The notes: generated from the sequence alone by a model not told the origin. A stretch of 64,000 bases of DNA from Candidatus Moranbacteria bacterium GW2011_GWC2_40_12 (GCA_000995965.1 LBYD01000002.1:199889-263888); one strand, 5' to 3'; positions 43,391 through 53,744 are shown, counted from the stretch's first letter. Numbers and translations are program-made.

Positions 43391-46009
43391 TTATGGATTT
43401 GGATTCGGCTGTTCTGCGGGCGGGTTCTGCTCCTGATTCTGTTCTGTGGATGGGCTCTGGATGGGTGTTTCAGGTGGAACAGGCTCCTGTTCGCGCCTGA
43501 CAGTCGGGGCATTTTGTCCACTCTGTGCTCCTTGATCTGAATCGGTCACGTCCAAACCGTCAAGAGCGTTATTGCCGGACTTGAGATTAGAAACGATTTT
43601 TTTCACGTCCTCATTGTCCGGATTGAGCTCGGCGACTTTTTCAAATTGTTCAAGAGCTTTCGCTTTATCGTTCTTTTTGTCATAAACAAGGCCCAGGAAA
43701 TATCGGGCGTTAGAATAGTTTTCCGCCAACTTCACGGTTTGCTCCAGCTCCGTCTGAGCCTGGTCATATTTTTCCGCTTTGTAGTAGAAAACCCCGAGCT
43801 GGAAGGTGATTCCCGGATCCTGCGGATTCATTTTCTTGCTTTCTTCGAGTTTGGCGATAGCCTGGTCTATTTCGCCGAGACGGTCAAGGCAAACCGCAAT
43901 CATGAATTGAGCAGGAATATAGTTTCCCTTTTGCTCAACTGATTTTTCAAAATTTTGCCGGGCTGAAGCGATATATTCCTTAGCCTTTTCTGGAAGCTGA
44001 ACACTTTTTCCGGTTTGTTGCTGACCAGCGCTCTTAGCAGTTTCGATATCAGCCATCATGAGATAAATTTGACCGATTTGATAATAGACCGAAGGATTCT
44101 TTGGATCGTATTTCAATGCTTCCATATAATTATCGCGGGCAGTTTGGTCAGCGCCGTCCTTTGAGCCTACAACGTTTTGATTTATCTGGGCCATTTGGAC
44201 CAGGTTATCGGGATTTTTTGGATTGAGATTGATAGCGGCTCGAGCTTGATCTTCAGCAGCAAAATAAAGGCTTGAAATTTGAGCCCTGTCATCGTCGCTC
44301 AAATTGGCAAGGCCTTTTTCGGAAACTTTTTGGTTGAGCATCGCGAAAAGAGCCACTGACAAATTGCGATGATAAAGATCCCTCGAGGGGTCGAGGTTGA
44401 CCACCTTCGAGAGATTATTGACTAAATCCTCGACATTTCCTCCCTGAACGTCGCTTGCAAGAGCCTTATTGTAAGCGGCGGCGGCAACGTACCTTTGGCC
44501 TTCAAGAAAGATAAGAGAGATAAAGCCGACAATAATCAGGACAAAGACGAAAGAAAGTATCAGAGACACCCGAGGCGAAGAAGTTTCACTGATGAGCTCT
44601 TCTTTTTTTCGAAAAACAATTGATGTCAGAACAACCATTGAAGCCGTAATTACCCACCAAAGAAAATCTAAAGTGATATTTGACGGATAGAAGAAGAAAG
44701 CGATAGTGAGATATATCCAAACAGCCGCAATTCCTATCAATGTATAAGCTCCCTCTTCGCTTCGGCCGAAGATTTTTACAAACGAGGAAAATATGTGAAC
44801 TAGGATTGCCCCCATAAGAAAAATAATCGCCAAAGCCCCAAGAAATCCAGTTGATGTGGCCAAAGTGAAGAATCGGCTGCTTCCCTCATTGAACTTCACC
44901 GACCAAAAATTTGTAAGATTGATTTCAGCAGGTTTGCTCTTCAAATAAGCAAGGTCATAAGCCGAAAGTCCGGATCCCAAAAGAAATTTATCTTTCCATG
45001 TTCCTTTGATAACGTCAAAAGAAGCACTTTGAGAAAGGCCGACTTCAACCGGAAGTTGGACGCTTACGATGGAACGGCTTTTTCCAATAAGAGCTGCTAA
45101 AAGAACAAGAGTGAGTATAACCATAGGAAAAACCAAGGTTCGATTTTTCTCTTCATTTCCTCCAGTTATGATTGAAAGTCCCAAGAGGACTGCCATACCG
45201 ACCAAGAAAATAACGAGTGTTGTGGAAAAATTGATCATAATCAGAGTAAAAGTAAAAAGAAGAGCCAGAATGATCAGGGCAATTTTCACAATAATAGGCT
45301 GCTTCTCAAGAAGCATAGCGACAGAGATTATCAGGATTGCTCCAATAAAAATAGAAAAGGCATAAATAGAACCAACCGAGTTAAAAGAGTTTTGGGCGAT
45401 CGCTGGATTTTTAAACATAAACTTTCCGAAAAGCTGGAAGAGGGCATAAATATTGGCAATGGCCGCGGAACCAATCAAAGTGAGAATAAGAATCTGTATT
45501 TTCTTCCTCGAGTTAAAATTATTAGTTATAACAAAAAATAGGGCAATAAGACCAATAAAACTAACAAGAGACAAACTTTCTGTTCCGAGGGCTCCCCACA
45601 TGCTTTGGTCACGGTAGGTAGAAAATATTGTACTTAAAGAATAAATTAGAAGAAGCAGCAACAAAGGCACAAGAAGAAAATTTTTCTTTATACGAATCCG
45701 GCCCTCCCAGGCAAGTTTTCCTATCCATGCAAGAAAAGCAATCCCGCCCAAACCCACAATCAGAAGCTGCTTATTGAGTTCAAGAATACTCGGTACCGTG
45801 GGAAGAAAAAATAAAGGAGTTAAAAAAGCCAGCAAATAGACAACTCCGATGATTATCCAGTCAATGACTATTGGTATTCGAGTGTCCTTTTTGAAATTAG
45901 GAGCCGGAGAGTGCGGCGTTGACGCGTTTTTTTGTTCAGGTCTGGGACCAGTAAAACTAATTTCGGGCCTTTTTGGCGCAATTCCCTCTCTTCTAAGATC
46001 GATTTTCAT
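43391..46009 (-). CDS. large polytopic membrane protein with O-antigen-ligase-like TM core and C-terminal TPR repeats
   Basis: Start chosen at MKIDLRREG; ~12 TMs followed by ~8 TPR-like repeats (AEDQARAAINLNPKNPDN...YYKAEKYDQAQTELEQ...). Confidence 0.65.
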   Translation of the reverse strand: MKIDLRREGIAPKRPEISFTGPRPEQKNASTPHSPAPNFKKDTRIPIVIDWIIIGVVYLLAFLTPLFFLPTVPSILELNKQLLIVGLGGIAFLAWIGKLAWEGRIRIKKNFLLVPLLLLLLIYSLSTIFSTYRDQSMWGALGTESLSLVSFIGLIALFFVITNNFNSRKKIQILILTLIGSAAIANIYALFQLFGKFMFKNPAIAQNSFNSVGSIYAFSIFIGAILIISVAMLLEKQPIIVKIALIILALLFTFTLIMINFSTTLVIFLVGMAVLLGLSIITGGNEEKNRTLVFPMVILTLVLLAALIGKSRSIVSVQLPVEVGLSQSASFDVIKGTWKDKFLLGSGLSAYDLAYLKSKPAEINLTNFWSVKFNEGSSRFFTLATSTGFLGALAIIFLMGAILVHIFSSFVKIFGRSEEGAYTLIGIAAVWIYLTIAFFFYPSNITLDFLWWVITASMVVLTSIVFRKKEELISETSSPRVSLILSFVFVLIIVGFISLIFLEGQRYVAAAAYNKALASDVQGGNVEDLVNNLSKVVNLDPSRDLYHRNLSVALFAMLNQKVSEKGLANLSDDDRAQISSLYFAAEDQARAAINLNPKNPDNLVQMAQINQNVVGSKDGADQTARDNYMEALKYDPKNPSVYYQIGQIYLMMADIETAKSAGQQQTGKSVQLPEKAKEYIASARQNFEKSVEQKGNYIPAQFMIAVCLDRLGEIDQAIAKLEESKKMNPQDPGITFQLGVFYYKAEKYDQAQTELEQTVKLAENYSNARYFLGLVYDKKNDKAKALEQFEKVAELNPDNEDVKKIVSNLKSGNNALDGLDVTDSDQGAQSGQNAPTVRREQEPVPPETPIQSPSTEQNQEQNPPAEQPNPNP

Positions 46010-46360
46010 TTTAGTGTCTTTGATAATTATTAAAAAATGTATTTTTAGGCATAACAATACCCCGCTTCTTCCATGGGTCAAGAAATATATCCTATTCGGT
46101 TGTTTTTTTACCCCTCACCAATTCCAACCAGCTTCTTTATTTATTCACAGCAGATAGCGGTGCGACTGCCTTCTTTCCGCGTGAATTAAGTAAAAATGTA
46201 TTCAGAATTAGTGAGAAGTGAATTTTGACCCGAGACTGCGGGGTGGTTTTGTAATTTCATTATAACAGTTCAAAATAAATACGCAAACCCATTAAATAAT
46301 CTAAACATTTTGCAGGTTTTTGTCTTTGCAATTTTCGTGCTGGAGCTAATCATAAAATAA

Positions 46361-47854
46361 CTATGCTTCATTCTTTTCTCCGTATGGGAAACTTATTTGC
46401 GACAAAATAAAAGGAATCGCGAAAATTATTATTCCCGGTTTGATATCCCAAAAGTAGTGGTCGAAAAAAGAGATGAACAGATAGCAAAGAATTATAATAC
46501 AATAAGGATAGTTTGTCAATAATACGGATTTAATACGCATAAAGCAACAATTATATAATAATGTCAATAGATATAGCAGGAAAAACATAAGCCCCGTCAT
46601 CCCCAGCTCCGAAGTTATTAATAGATAAATATTATGGACCGGTTGATATTGCCAACCAGCCCAAGAGGGTTGGGAAATTATTTCTTGATATATAAATTGA
46701 CCCAACCCAACCCCAAGCCATGGATGTTCAGAAATTGTTTCTCGTGAAACATTCAGAAATAGAACTCTTTCTTCAAGCGATTGGGTCGAGTATAAAGAAT
46801 AATTTAAATTTAGTGAGGCTAAAATATATCCAAGCAATAAAAGAATTATGAATGTTGTGAATATAAGCAAAATTCGATTCCTTATGAGTCTGATATTTAC
46901 TATCAAAAGTGCCAAACCTGCTAAAAAGATGCTTAGAAAAGCAGATCGAGAAAATGTCAGAAAAAAGCTTGATAAATTGATAACTAAAACAGAAATAAAT
47001 AACCACGTGGGAATTTTTGACAAAATTGTTTCATGTGGAACATTTTTGTCACCTCGCTTGTTCTGTATCTGACGCTTCACAAGCACAGAAATGAGCAAGA
47101 TAATCTGAAGAACAAGAAAGCCGGCAAGTATATTCGGGTGAGGAAATGTTCCATAAGCCCGGATATGTTTCATGCCTGAAACAACAATCTTAGCAACGCC
47201 CGGAATATCTGGACCCAGCAGGCTCTCGCCGAAAAACTTAAAACCCAAAGAACGGTTGAGGATAAACTGCAAAATTCCTATTAAGGATTGGATAATTCCA
47301 CCCATAAACAGACCTAGATAAATAAATTCGGCTTTTATATACCCTTTTTTAGCCTGATTTCTAATAATAATCGAAAAGTTGACAATTAAAAGTATTATAA
47401 GCAAGCGATAAGCCGCGATAAGTTGTAACGGTGCCCAAAATATAGAAATAGCCATCCAGATCATAAAAAGCTTCAAAAAAAATGTTTCACTGCGGGCTGA
47501 AAAAATCATGATCTTAAATGAACCTGTAATACGGTGTAAGAGAACCGTAATACAGTTCGTATTACTTGACAACGTACCATTATTGTTGTTTACATAATGT
47601 AATGCTTTTTCTGGCTTTGCCTCTTGACTGAAAATGTATTTTATTATATAAATAATTATGACAGATAAGATCAAGACATCTGACCAACTTAGACTCGGCG
47701 TCATATATTCATTGAACTCCCCATGGAAGTATGATAAAAACGTGGGAAAAACTTTTCGAAGATTAAACGAGAAAGTGGCAAAGAAGAGGAAAATCAGAAT
47801 TTTCTCTGCGTTGTTCCATAGCCAGCTTGTTTTTGTCGTGAAACTGTTTCTCAT
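46361..47854 (-). CDS. polytopic membrane protein, O-antigen ligase (Wzy_C)-like
   Basis: 497 aa, 10 or more TMs, large periplasmic loop; second paralogue adjacent to the first. Confidence 0.55.
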   Translation of the reverse strand: MRNSFTTKTSWLWNNAEKILIFLFFATFSFNLRKVFPTFLSYFHGEFNEYMTPSLSWSDVLILSVIIIYIIKYIFSQEAKPEKALHYVNNNNGTLSSNTNCITVLLHRITGSFKIMIFSARSETFFLKLFMIWMAISIFWAPLQLIAAYRLLIILLIVNFSIIIRNQAKKGYIKAEFIYLGLFMGGIIQSLIGILQFILNRSLGFKFFGESLLGPDIPGVAKIVVSGMKHIRAYGTFPHPNILAGFLVLQIILLISVLVKRQIQNKRGDKNVPHETILSKIPTWLFISVLVINLSSFFLTFSRSAFLSIFLAGLALLIVNIRLIRNRILLIFTTFIILLLLGYILASLNLNYSLYSTQSLEERVLFLNVSRETISEHPWLGVGLGQFIYQEIISQPSWAGWQYQPVHNIYLLITSELGMTGLMFFLLYLLTLLYNCCFMRIKSVLLTNYPYCIIILCYLFISFFDHYFWDIKPGIIIFAIPFILSQISFPYGEKNEA

Positions 47855-47921
47855 ATGACAAGTCTAACACATACTTTTCATTGACTGAAAGCGTTTTTAG
47901 AAATAGTATAGAAAAGTATAT

Positions 47922-47994
47922 GGGCCGTTGGCGCAGTTGGTAGCGCGTCTCGATGGCATCGAGAAGGTCACCGGTTCAAGTCCGGTACGGTCCA
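47922..47994 (+). tRNA. tRNA-Ala (anticodon GGC)
   Basis: G3.U70 identity pair in acceptor gggccgt/acggtcc; anticodon arm tctcg-atGGCat-cgaga. Confidence 0.8.
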
Positions 47995-48040
47995 CTGGAT
48001 TAAGTCCTTCGTGAAACTGTTTCACAGATAACATTCAAAA

Positions 48041-48343
48041 ATGACAGATCAAAGAAAATTCCAACGTCGAATCGAGAACTTTGTTTGCGAGAACTGCGGA
48101 GCGGAAGTGAAAGGCAATGGTTTCACAGACCATTGCCCCGTTTGCCTTTGGGGGCGCCACGTGGATGTGAATCCGGGTGATCGCGCGTCGAGTTGCCGCG
48201 GTATGATGAGACCGATAAGGGTAGAAGCAAAAAGCGGAAAATATCTGCTCTATTATAAATGTAAGGAATGTAGGCATAAGTTTCGAGTAAGATCAGCACC
48301 AAATGATGAATTCGATTTGATTATTAAATTGATTAACAAATAA
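48041..48343 (+). CDS. RNHCP-domain zinc-ribbon protein
   Basis: 100 aa; CENCG...FTDHCPVCLWGRH...CRGMM...YKCKECRHKF. Confidence 0.7.
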   Translation: MTDQRKFQRRIENFVCENCGAEVKGNGFTDHCPVCLWGRHVDVNPGDRASSCRGMMRPIRVEAKSGKYLLYYKCKECRHKFRVRSAPNDEFDLIIKLINK

Positions 48344-48348
48344 TATTT

Positions 48349-48389
48349 GCCCCCGTAGTTCAATGACAAGGGACTCCTAAGCCCTAGAT
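48349..48389 (+). pseudogene. truncated 5' two-thirds copy of tRNA-Arg(CCT) (acceptor 5' through variable region) followed by ccatgcccgcccg
   Basis: gcccccgtagttcaatgacaagggactcctaagccctagat matches the intact tRNA at 48415 over the D and anticodon arms but lacks a T-arm and acceptor 3' strand. Confidence 0.55.
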
Positions 48390-48414
48390 CCATGCCCGCC
48401 CGTTCACTTTTTTA

Positions 48415-48486
48415 CTCCTCATAGTTCAATGGATAGAACAAGGGACTCCTAAGCCCTAGATGCAGGTCCGATTCCTGCTGAGGAGA
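48415..48486 (+). tRNA. tRNA-Arg (anticodon CCT), C1:G72
   Basis: acceptor ctcctca/tgaggag, anticodon arm aggga-ctCCTaa-gccct (31:39 A.G mismatch), T-arm gcagg-tccgatt-cctgc. Confidence 0.65.
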
Positions 48487-48544
48487 CAAAAAGTGTTCGG
48501 GTGAAACTCATGACGGGGACACATAAAATTTTTAAATTATAATT

Positions 48545-49624
48545 ATGAACAAAAAAATCAATCTTGCGGTCATCTTTGGCGGGCGGTCTGGAGAGCATGA
48601 AGTTTCGCTTTCCTCGGCGCGGGGAGTGATGAAAAATCTGGACAAGGAAAAATATAATGTGATTCCGATCGCGATAACGAAGAAAGGGAACTGGCTGATC
48701 GGGGACAAAGGAAAAAAATACATCGAAATGAACGAGGATAAGATCGGAAAAGAAGGGGCGATCAGCCTTGAAGAATCGCAGAGCCTTGTAACAATAAAAG
48801 ATGACGACAGAAGTTTGGCCAATTACGCGGAAGGAAACGCGGGAGCGAAAATTGATTTGGTTTTTCCGATTCTCCACGGACCGTTTGGCGAGGATGGTAG
48901 GCTGCAAGGGATGCTTGATATGCTTGGCATGCCATATGTTTTTTCGGGAGTGCTGGCGCACGCGATCGGAATGAACAAACCGAAAGCCAAAATCATTGCC
49001 GCAAAGTTTGGAGTGCCGGTGCCAAAAGATATCGTTATAAAAAAAGAAGAGAAGCGTGATCTTGACGAAATAACTGAAAAACTGTCGCTTCCCATGATGG
49101 TGAAGCCGTCGGAGCTGGGCTCCTCGGTCGGAATATCTCTCGTGAAAACAAAAGAAGAATTGGAGAGGGGAATTGAAGACGCATTTTCGCATGGAGACGA
49201 AGTAATTTTGGAGCAGTATATAAAAGGAAGAGAGTTTACGGTGACAGTAATGGGAAATGAAAGGCCTGAAGCTTTGGCTATCACTGAAATTATTCCCGTC
49301 GTTTCCGAATTTTATGACTATAAAGCCAAATACGAAGACGGCGGATCAAAGCATGTTTGCCCGGCCGAAATTTCAAAAGAGGATGAAGAAAAACTCAAGG
49401 GCTATGCCGCAGCCACTTTCAAGGCGATTGGCTGCGCTGACCTTGCCCGAGTCGATTTTCTCTGGGATGAGAAAAAAAATGAATATTATTTCACCGACAT
49501 CAACACCATTCCCGGCATGACCCCAACGAGCCTTGCGCCTGAAGCGGCGGCTCTCGCCGGCATGAATTTCACGCAGTTTTTGGATGCGCTGATTGAAGGG
49601 GCGATGAAACGCGTGAGAAAATAA
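48545..49624 (+). CDS. ddl: D-alanine--D-alanine ligase
   Basis: 359 aa; VIFGGRSGEHEVSL N-terminus, ATP-grasp core. Confidence 0.9.
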   Translation: MNKKINLAVIFGGRSGEHEVSLSSARGVMKNLDKEKYNVIPIAITKKGNWLIGDKGKKYIEMNEDKIGKEGAISLEESQSLVTIKDDDRSLANYAEGNAGAKIDLVFPILHGPFGEDGRLQGMLDMLGMPYVFSGVLAHAIGMNKPKAKIIAAKFGVPVPKDIVIKKEEKRDLDEITEKLSLPMMVKPSELGSSVGISLVKTKEELERGIEDAFSHGDEVILEQYIKGREFTVTVMGNERPEALAITEIIPVVSEFYDYKAKYEDGGSKHVCPAEISKEDEEKLKGYAAATFKAIGCADLARVDFLWDEKKNEYYFTDINTIPGMTPTSLAPEAAALAGMNFTQFLDALIEGAMKRVRK

Positions 49625-49796
49625 TCAACATTTGGAATTTAGCCAATCACATGATAAACTTTTTGTATGAATACGGTGACAAAAGAATCAGTAATAGCCC
49701 AGGAAGTGCAAGACAAAATTTTTCGCCGGATGCCGGTGGAGAAAAAGCTTGAAATGCTTGGCGATTTTTACTATTTAGCAAAAGATTTAAATCGGA

Positions 49797-50360
49797 TTGG
49801 CGATAAAAATGGATCAGCTGACACTTCTAAAAAAAATCACAAAAACATTAGGCGATCTTGAGGTTCCATATCTCGTCACTGGAGGGGTGGCGGTGACTGT
49901 CTGGGGCCGGCCGCGCTTCACGGCGGATATTGATATTGTCATCGAAATATCCTTGCCGCAATCAAAAAATCTGATCAAGGTTCTGCGAAAGATTAATAAG
50001 AAAATTTATCTTAGCGAAACGGCAGTCAACCAAGCCATTCATAACAGCGGGGAATTCAATCTCATTCATCCGGATGGATTGAAAGTTGATTTTTGGATTT
50101 TAGAGAACGATATTTTTGATCGATCTCGCTTAAAAAGAAAGATAACAAAAAAAGTCTGGGGGGAAAATATCTCATTTATCTCTCCAGAAGATCTAATTAT
50201 TTCTAAACTTGATTGGTATAAAAAAAGCCGTTCCACGCGGCATTTGGAAGATGTCGAATCTGTCATAGCAATCCAAAAAAAAATGGACTGGAGATATATC
50301 AGAAAATGGGTGAGGATCCAATCAACGGAAAAATACTTGAAACTGATTTTGAAAAAATAA
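49797..50360 (+). CDS. putative minimal nucleotidyltransferase (MNT-fold) protein
   Basis: 187 aa; TGGVAVTVWGRPRFTADIDIVIE matches hG[GS]...D.D of the Pol-beta-like NTase fold; overlapped by a 64-aa upstream ORF (49667-49861). Confidence 0.55.
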   Translation: MAIKMDQLTLLKKITKTLGDLEVPYLVTGGVAVTVWGRPRFTADIDIVIEISLPQSKNLIKVLRKINKKIYLSETAVNQAIHNSGEFNLIHPDGLKVDFWILENDIFDRSRLKRKITKKVWGENISFISPEDLIISKLDWYKKSRSTRHLEDVESVIAIQKKMDWRYIRKWVRIQSTEKYLKLILKK

Positions 50361-50560
50361 GGAAAGATTTCGAAAGTGCTCAAATTTATCCATATGGATA
50401 TAAATGAGCACTTTTTTTATTTTGTAATAATGGATGCACCAGTATACCAGTTTACTGGTGTGAGGATTCGCGGGCCATTGTTTCAGGTTGTGATTTTCCA
50501 AAAAGAAAAACCCCAACCGCCGCGAGGGCAAGTTGGGGATAATTTAGGGCATTCAACCCT

Positions 50561-51082
50561 TTAAGATCTCAGTTCCATTTCTTGTTTTGCAATTTTCTTT
50601 TCTAGGTTGGTTAGATCTTCCTTTTCGCAAACCAGCCTTTCCTTGAGCCGAAGAACTTCGCGGATTTTGCAAAGTTTTTCCGCTAGTCTTCCCCCATCAT
50701 CAGTTGTTAAGGTATCTTGAACCAGAGGATCGAGAATGTCCGCAAACTCTGGTCTCTCCTTTATGATGGCTTGCGCATTTTGCGCAACCACTTCGGGAAG
50801 ATTTTCTTTCTCGGTTATGAGCGCTATAGACTTAATAAGCAGAAAAAACGACAAAGTGAACAAGGGAATCAGCCAATAGATTAAGTATTGGTCCAATGAA
50901 AGGGAAGCTAACAGGCTACCAACGGCTGCCTGCTCCGAAAGCTCCTTGTTCGACAGCGTGAGCTTGTAAAGAAGCAGCATCCCACTAACATCCGCAGCCG
51001 CAACAGAAACAGCAACAATAACAACCCTGATCCAAACGGCTGACCTCAACACCCATTTTTGCCAAGGCTTTAGTGTTTTCAT
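50561..51082 (-). CDS. hypothetical membrane protein
   Basis: 173 aa; three predicted TMs, C-terminal coiled coil. Confidence 0.5.
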   Translation of the reverse strand: MKTLKPWQKWVLRSAVWIRVVIVAVSVAAADVSGMLLLYKLTLSNKELSEQAAVGSLLASLSLDQYLIYWLIPLFTLSFFLLIKSIALITEKENLPEVVAQNAQAIIKERPEFADILDPLVQDTLTTDDGGRLAEKLCKIREVLRLKERLVCEKEDLTNLEKKIAKQEMELRS

Positions 51083-51393
51083 GGCAGTCTCCTTTCGTTA
51101 GTTTGCAGTATTTATCCTGCGAGCAGGTTCAACAACCAATGTATCAAAATCCAAATACCACCCAAACTCATACCGATTATAAAATACCATCCATGCGGTC
51201 GCATATGCGCATTCTCCTGTTATCAAAGAATTTGCCAAACTATTTTTAGCCTGACTGGCTATTATATAAGATTATTCTATAGTAGTCAATAATAATATTA
51301 GTATATATTATTTATAATGGCTTATATAAAGCATTACTAAATATATTTGTCATAATTATTGACAATATGGCTATATTTTGCTAGGCTACTGGC

Positions 51394-52134
51394 ATGGACA
51401 ATGACCTATTGAAAACAATCGAATCCATCGGTTTTCGGCCGAAAGAATCGCAGGTATATTTGGCGCTTTTGGAATTGGGCACGGGAACTGTGTCGCAGAT
51501 AGCAAAAACGGCCGAGCTTAAGCGACCAGTGACTTATATAATTCTTGAAAACTTGATTGGGCAGGGATACGCGACGCAAGTTCCCGGAGGGAAAATAAAT
51601 CGCTATCAGGCAATCGATCCGTCGGCGATTCTCATTCGCCAAAAAACAAATCTCAAAAATTTTTCCGAAATGCTTCCCCTGCTTCAGACACTGCATAACA
51701 AGGGAAAACAGCGGCCGAAGATTCATTATGTCGAAACAAAAGAAGGAATAGAAGATATTTATGAAAGTCTGAATTACGCGAAGGAAGCTTTCTATGTCTC
51801 CTCCTATAAAAAACTTCATGAGCATTTTCCAAAAAAAGTTGAAGAGTGGATGAAAGACTATGGCAAGGGAATATACAATGTGGATGCCAAGCATATCATT
51901 CCGGACGATCCCGAAGAATTGAAATTCGGAAAAACATATGCCGAAAGCGGTCAGAAAGTCAGAATTTTGCCAAAACAAAAAAATTTCGATACGGATATTG
52001 TTTTAACAGAGAATAAATTTTCGGTATCTTCGCTTGAAGAAGAACCCTTTTTGGTTTTGATAGAATCAGAAAAACTGGCAAAGTCTCTCAAGCCGCTTTT
52101 CGAAATAATTTGGGAAGCGAGCCGGGAAATTTGA
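51394..52134 (+). CDS. TrmB-family transcriptional regulator
   Basis: 246 aa; N-terminal wHTH (ESQVYLALLELGTGTVSQIAKTAELKRPVTYIIL) typical of TrmB. Confidence 0.7.
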   Translation: MDNDLLKTIESIGFRPKESQVYLALLELGTGTVSQIAKTAELKRPVTYIILENLIGQGYATQVPGGKINRYQAIDPSAILIRQKTNLKNFSEMLPLLQTLHNKGKQRPKIHYVETKEGIEDIYESLNYAKEAFYVSSYKKLHEHFPKKVEEWMKDYGKGIYNVDAKHIIPDDPEELKFGKTYAESGQKVRILPKQKNFDTDIVLTENKFSVSSLEEEPFLVLIESEKLAKSLKPLFEIIWEASREI

Positions 52135-52164
52135 AATATATCTTTGCCGTGTTAGGATAAATTT

Positions 52165-53736
52165 ATGGTCAAGAAAATTCCGAAACCCATAATCGAAATT
52201 ATCCAAAAACTCGAAGCCGCTGGTTTTGAGGCTTTTGTCGTGGGCGGGTGCGTTCGGGACTTGCTGATGGGCGTTGAGCCCAAGGATTGGGACGTGACGA
52301 CAAACGCAAAGCCGGAGGAAGTATCAAAATTATTTCCGGATAGTTTTTATGAGAACAAGTTTGGGACGGTAGGTGTAAAGATTCCGAAGCTTACGAATCA
52401 AAGCTCGGCTTTACCCTCGCGAGAGCGGAGCTCTCGCGATTCCTCAAAGCCAAGCTTTTCAGAAGTTGTTGAAGTGACAACCTATCGAATCGAAAGCAAG
52501 TATTTGGACAAGCGGCATCCGGATGAGGTGCGGTTCGCGAAGACGCTCGAAGAGGATTTATCGAGGCGGGATTTTACGATCAATGCGCTGGCACTTAAAA
52601 TCGTTAATTCTGATTTTGAAATAGTGGATCTCTTCGATGGCCAGAAAGATCAGAAGAAAAATATAATTCGGGCAGTGGGAAATGCGAACGAGCGTTTTGA
52701 TGAGGATGCGCTTCGAATGATGCGGGCAATTCGTTTTGCGACAACACTCACAAATGAAAGCGAAGTAAAGCGAAGCAGAGCGAATAGTGGCCCAAGAAAA
52801 TTAGCAAAGAAAACACCATTTGAGATTGAAGAAAAAACGAAAAAAGCAATTGCAAAGAATGCGAAAAACTTGAAACATATCGCTCTCGAAAGAATCCAGG
52901 ATGAGCTGAACAAAATCATGCTGTCTGATTTTGCGGCGGAAGGAATTGAACTTTTGCGCGAACTAAAATTATTGCAATATATCATTTCCGAGCTTGAGAA
53001 AGGCTATGGCGTCGGCCAAAACCGGCACCATATCTATACCATCTGGGAGCACTCGATTTTGTCCCTCAAAAATTGCCCGTCGGAAAAGTTGGAAGTTAGA
53101 TTAGCAACCCTTTTACATGACATTGCGAAGCCCGATACGAAAAGAGGCGAAGGCGCTTATTCGACATTCTATAATCACGACCATGTCGGAGCGCGGGTGG
53201 TCGAAAAAATTTTGAAACGCTTGAAATATTCTTCGGACATAATCAAAAAAGTTCGATTGCTTGTCGATAATCATATGTTCTACTACAACGTTGAGGAAGT
53301 GGGGGCTTCGAGTGTGCGGCGCCTCGTGAAAAAAGTGGGACTTGAAAACATCGATGACCTCATTGATCTTCGCGTGGGTGACCGGCTGGGAAGCGGCGTG
53401 CCCAAAGCCGTGCCGTACAAGCTCCGCCATTTCAAATATATGGTCGACAAGATTTCAAGCGACCCGCTCTCGGTCAAAATGCTGAAAGTCAACGGCAACG
53501 ATTTGATGCGTGAATTGAAACTCAAACCAGGCCCGATGCTCGGAGCGATTTTAGACGTGCTTCTTTCGGAAGTTATAGAAAATCCAGAGGAAAACAAAAA
53601 AGATATATTGCTGAACCGAGCGAAAGAACTCGCAAAAGAAAACTTGACGAAACTTCGTGAGATGGCGAAGGAGAAAATTGAAGAGAAAAAAGAAGAAGAA
53701 GACAAAGAGATTAAGAGCAAGTATTGGGTCAAGTGA
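52165..53736 (+). CDS. cca: CCA-adding enzyme (tRNA nucleotidyltransferase head domain plus HD domain) carrying an in-frame ~22-aa low-complexity insertion
   Basis: GGCVRDLLMG...DWDV NTase motif; HD motif (LLHDIAKP); the insertion NQSSALPSRERSSRDSSKPSFSE is encoded by the MITE-like element at 52399-52466. Confidence 0.85.
   Translation: MVKKIPKPIIEIIQKLEAAGFEAFVVGGCVRDLLMGVEPKDWDVTTNAKPEEVSKLFPDSFYENKFGTVGVKIPKLTNQSSALPSRERSSRDSSKPSFSEVVEVTTYRIESKYLDKRHPDEVRFAKTLEEDLSRRDFTINALALKIVNSDFEIVDLFDGQKDQKKNIIRAVGNANERFDEDALRMMRAIRFATTLTNESEVKRSRANSGPRKLAKKTPFEIEEKTKKAIAKNAKNLKHIALERIQDELNKIMLSDFAAEGIELLRELKLLQYIISELEKGYGVGQNRHHIYTIWEHSILSLKNCPSEKLEVRLATLLHDIAKPDTKRGEGAYSTFYNHDHVGARVVEKILKRLKYSSDIIKKVRLLVDNHMFYYNVEEVGASSVRRLVKKVGLENIDDLIDLRVGDRLGSGVPKAVPYKLRHFKYMVDKISSDPLSVKMLKVNGNDLMRELKLKPGPMLGAILDVLLSEVIENPEENKKDILLNRAKELAKENLTKLREMAKEKIEEKKEEEDKEIKSKYWVK
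52399..52466. repeat. ~65-bp MITE-like element with 13-bp TIRs and an internal perfect hairpin (cgcgagagc-gga-gctctcgcg), inserted in-frame in cca
   Basis: Termini aaagctcggcttt / aaagccaagcttt shared with the intergenic copy at 15708-15775. Confidence 0.55.
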
Positions 53737-53744
53737 ATGCAAAT

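Noticed and set aside
49667-49861. 64-aa ORF as an independent annotated gene
   Set aside because: Too short and unsupported to list as a feature; kept only as part of a tentative TA-like finding.
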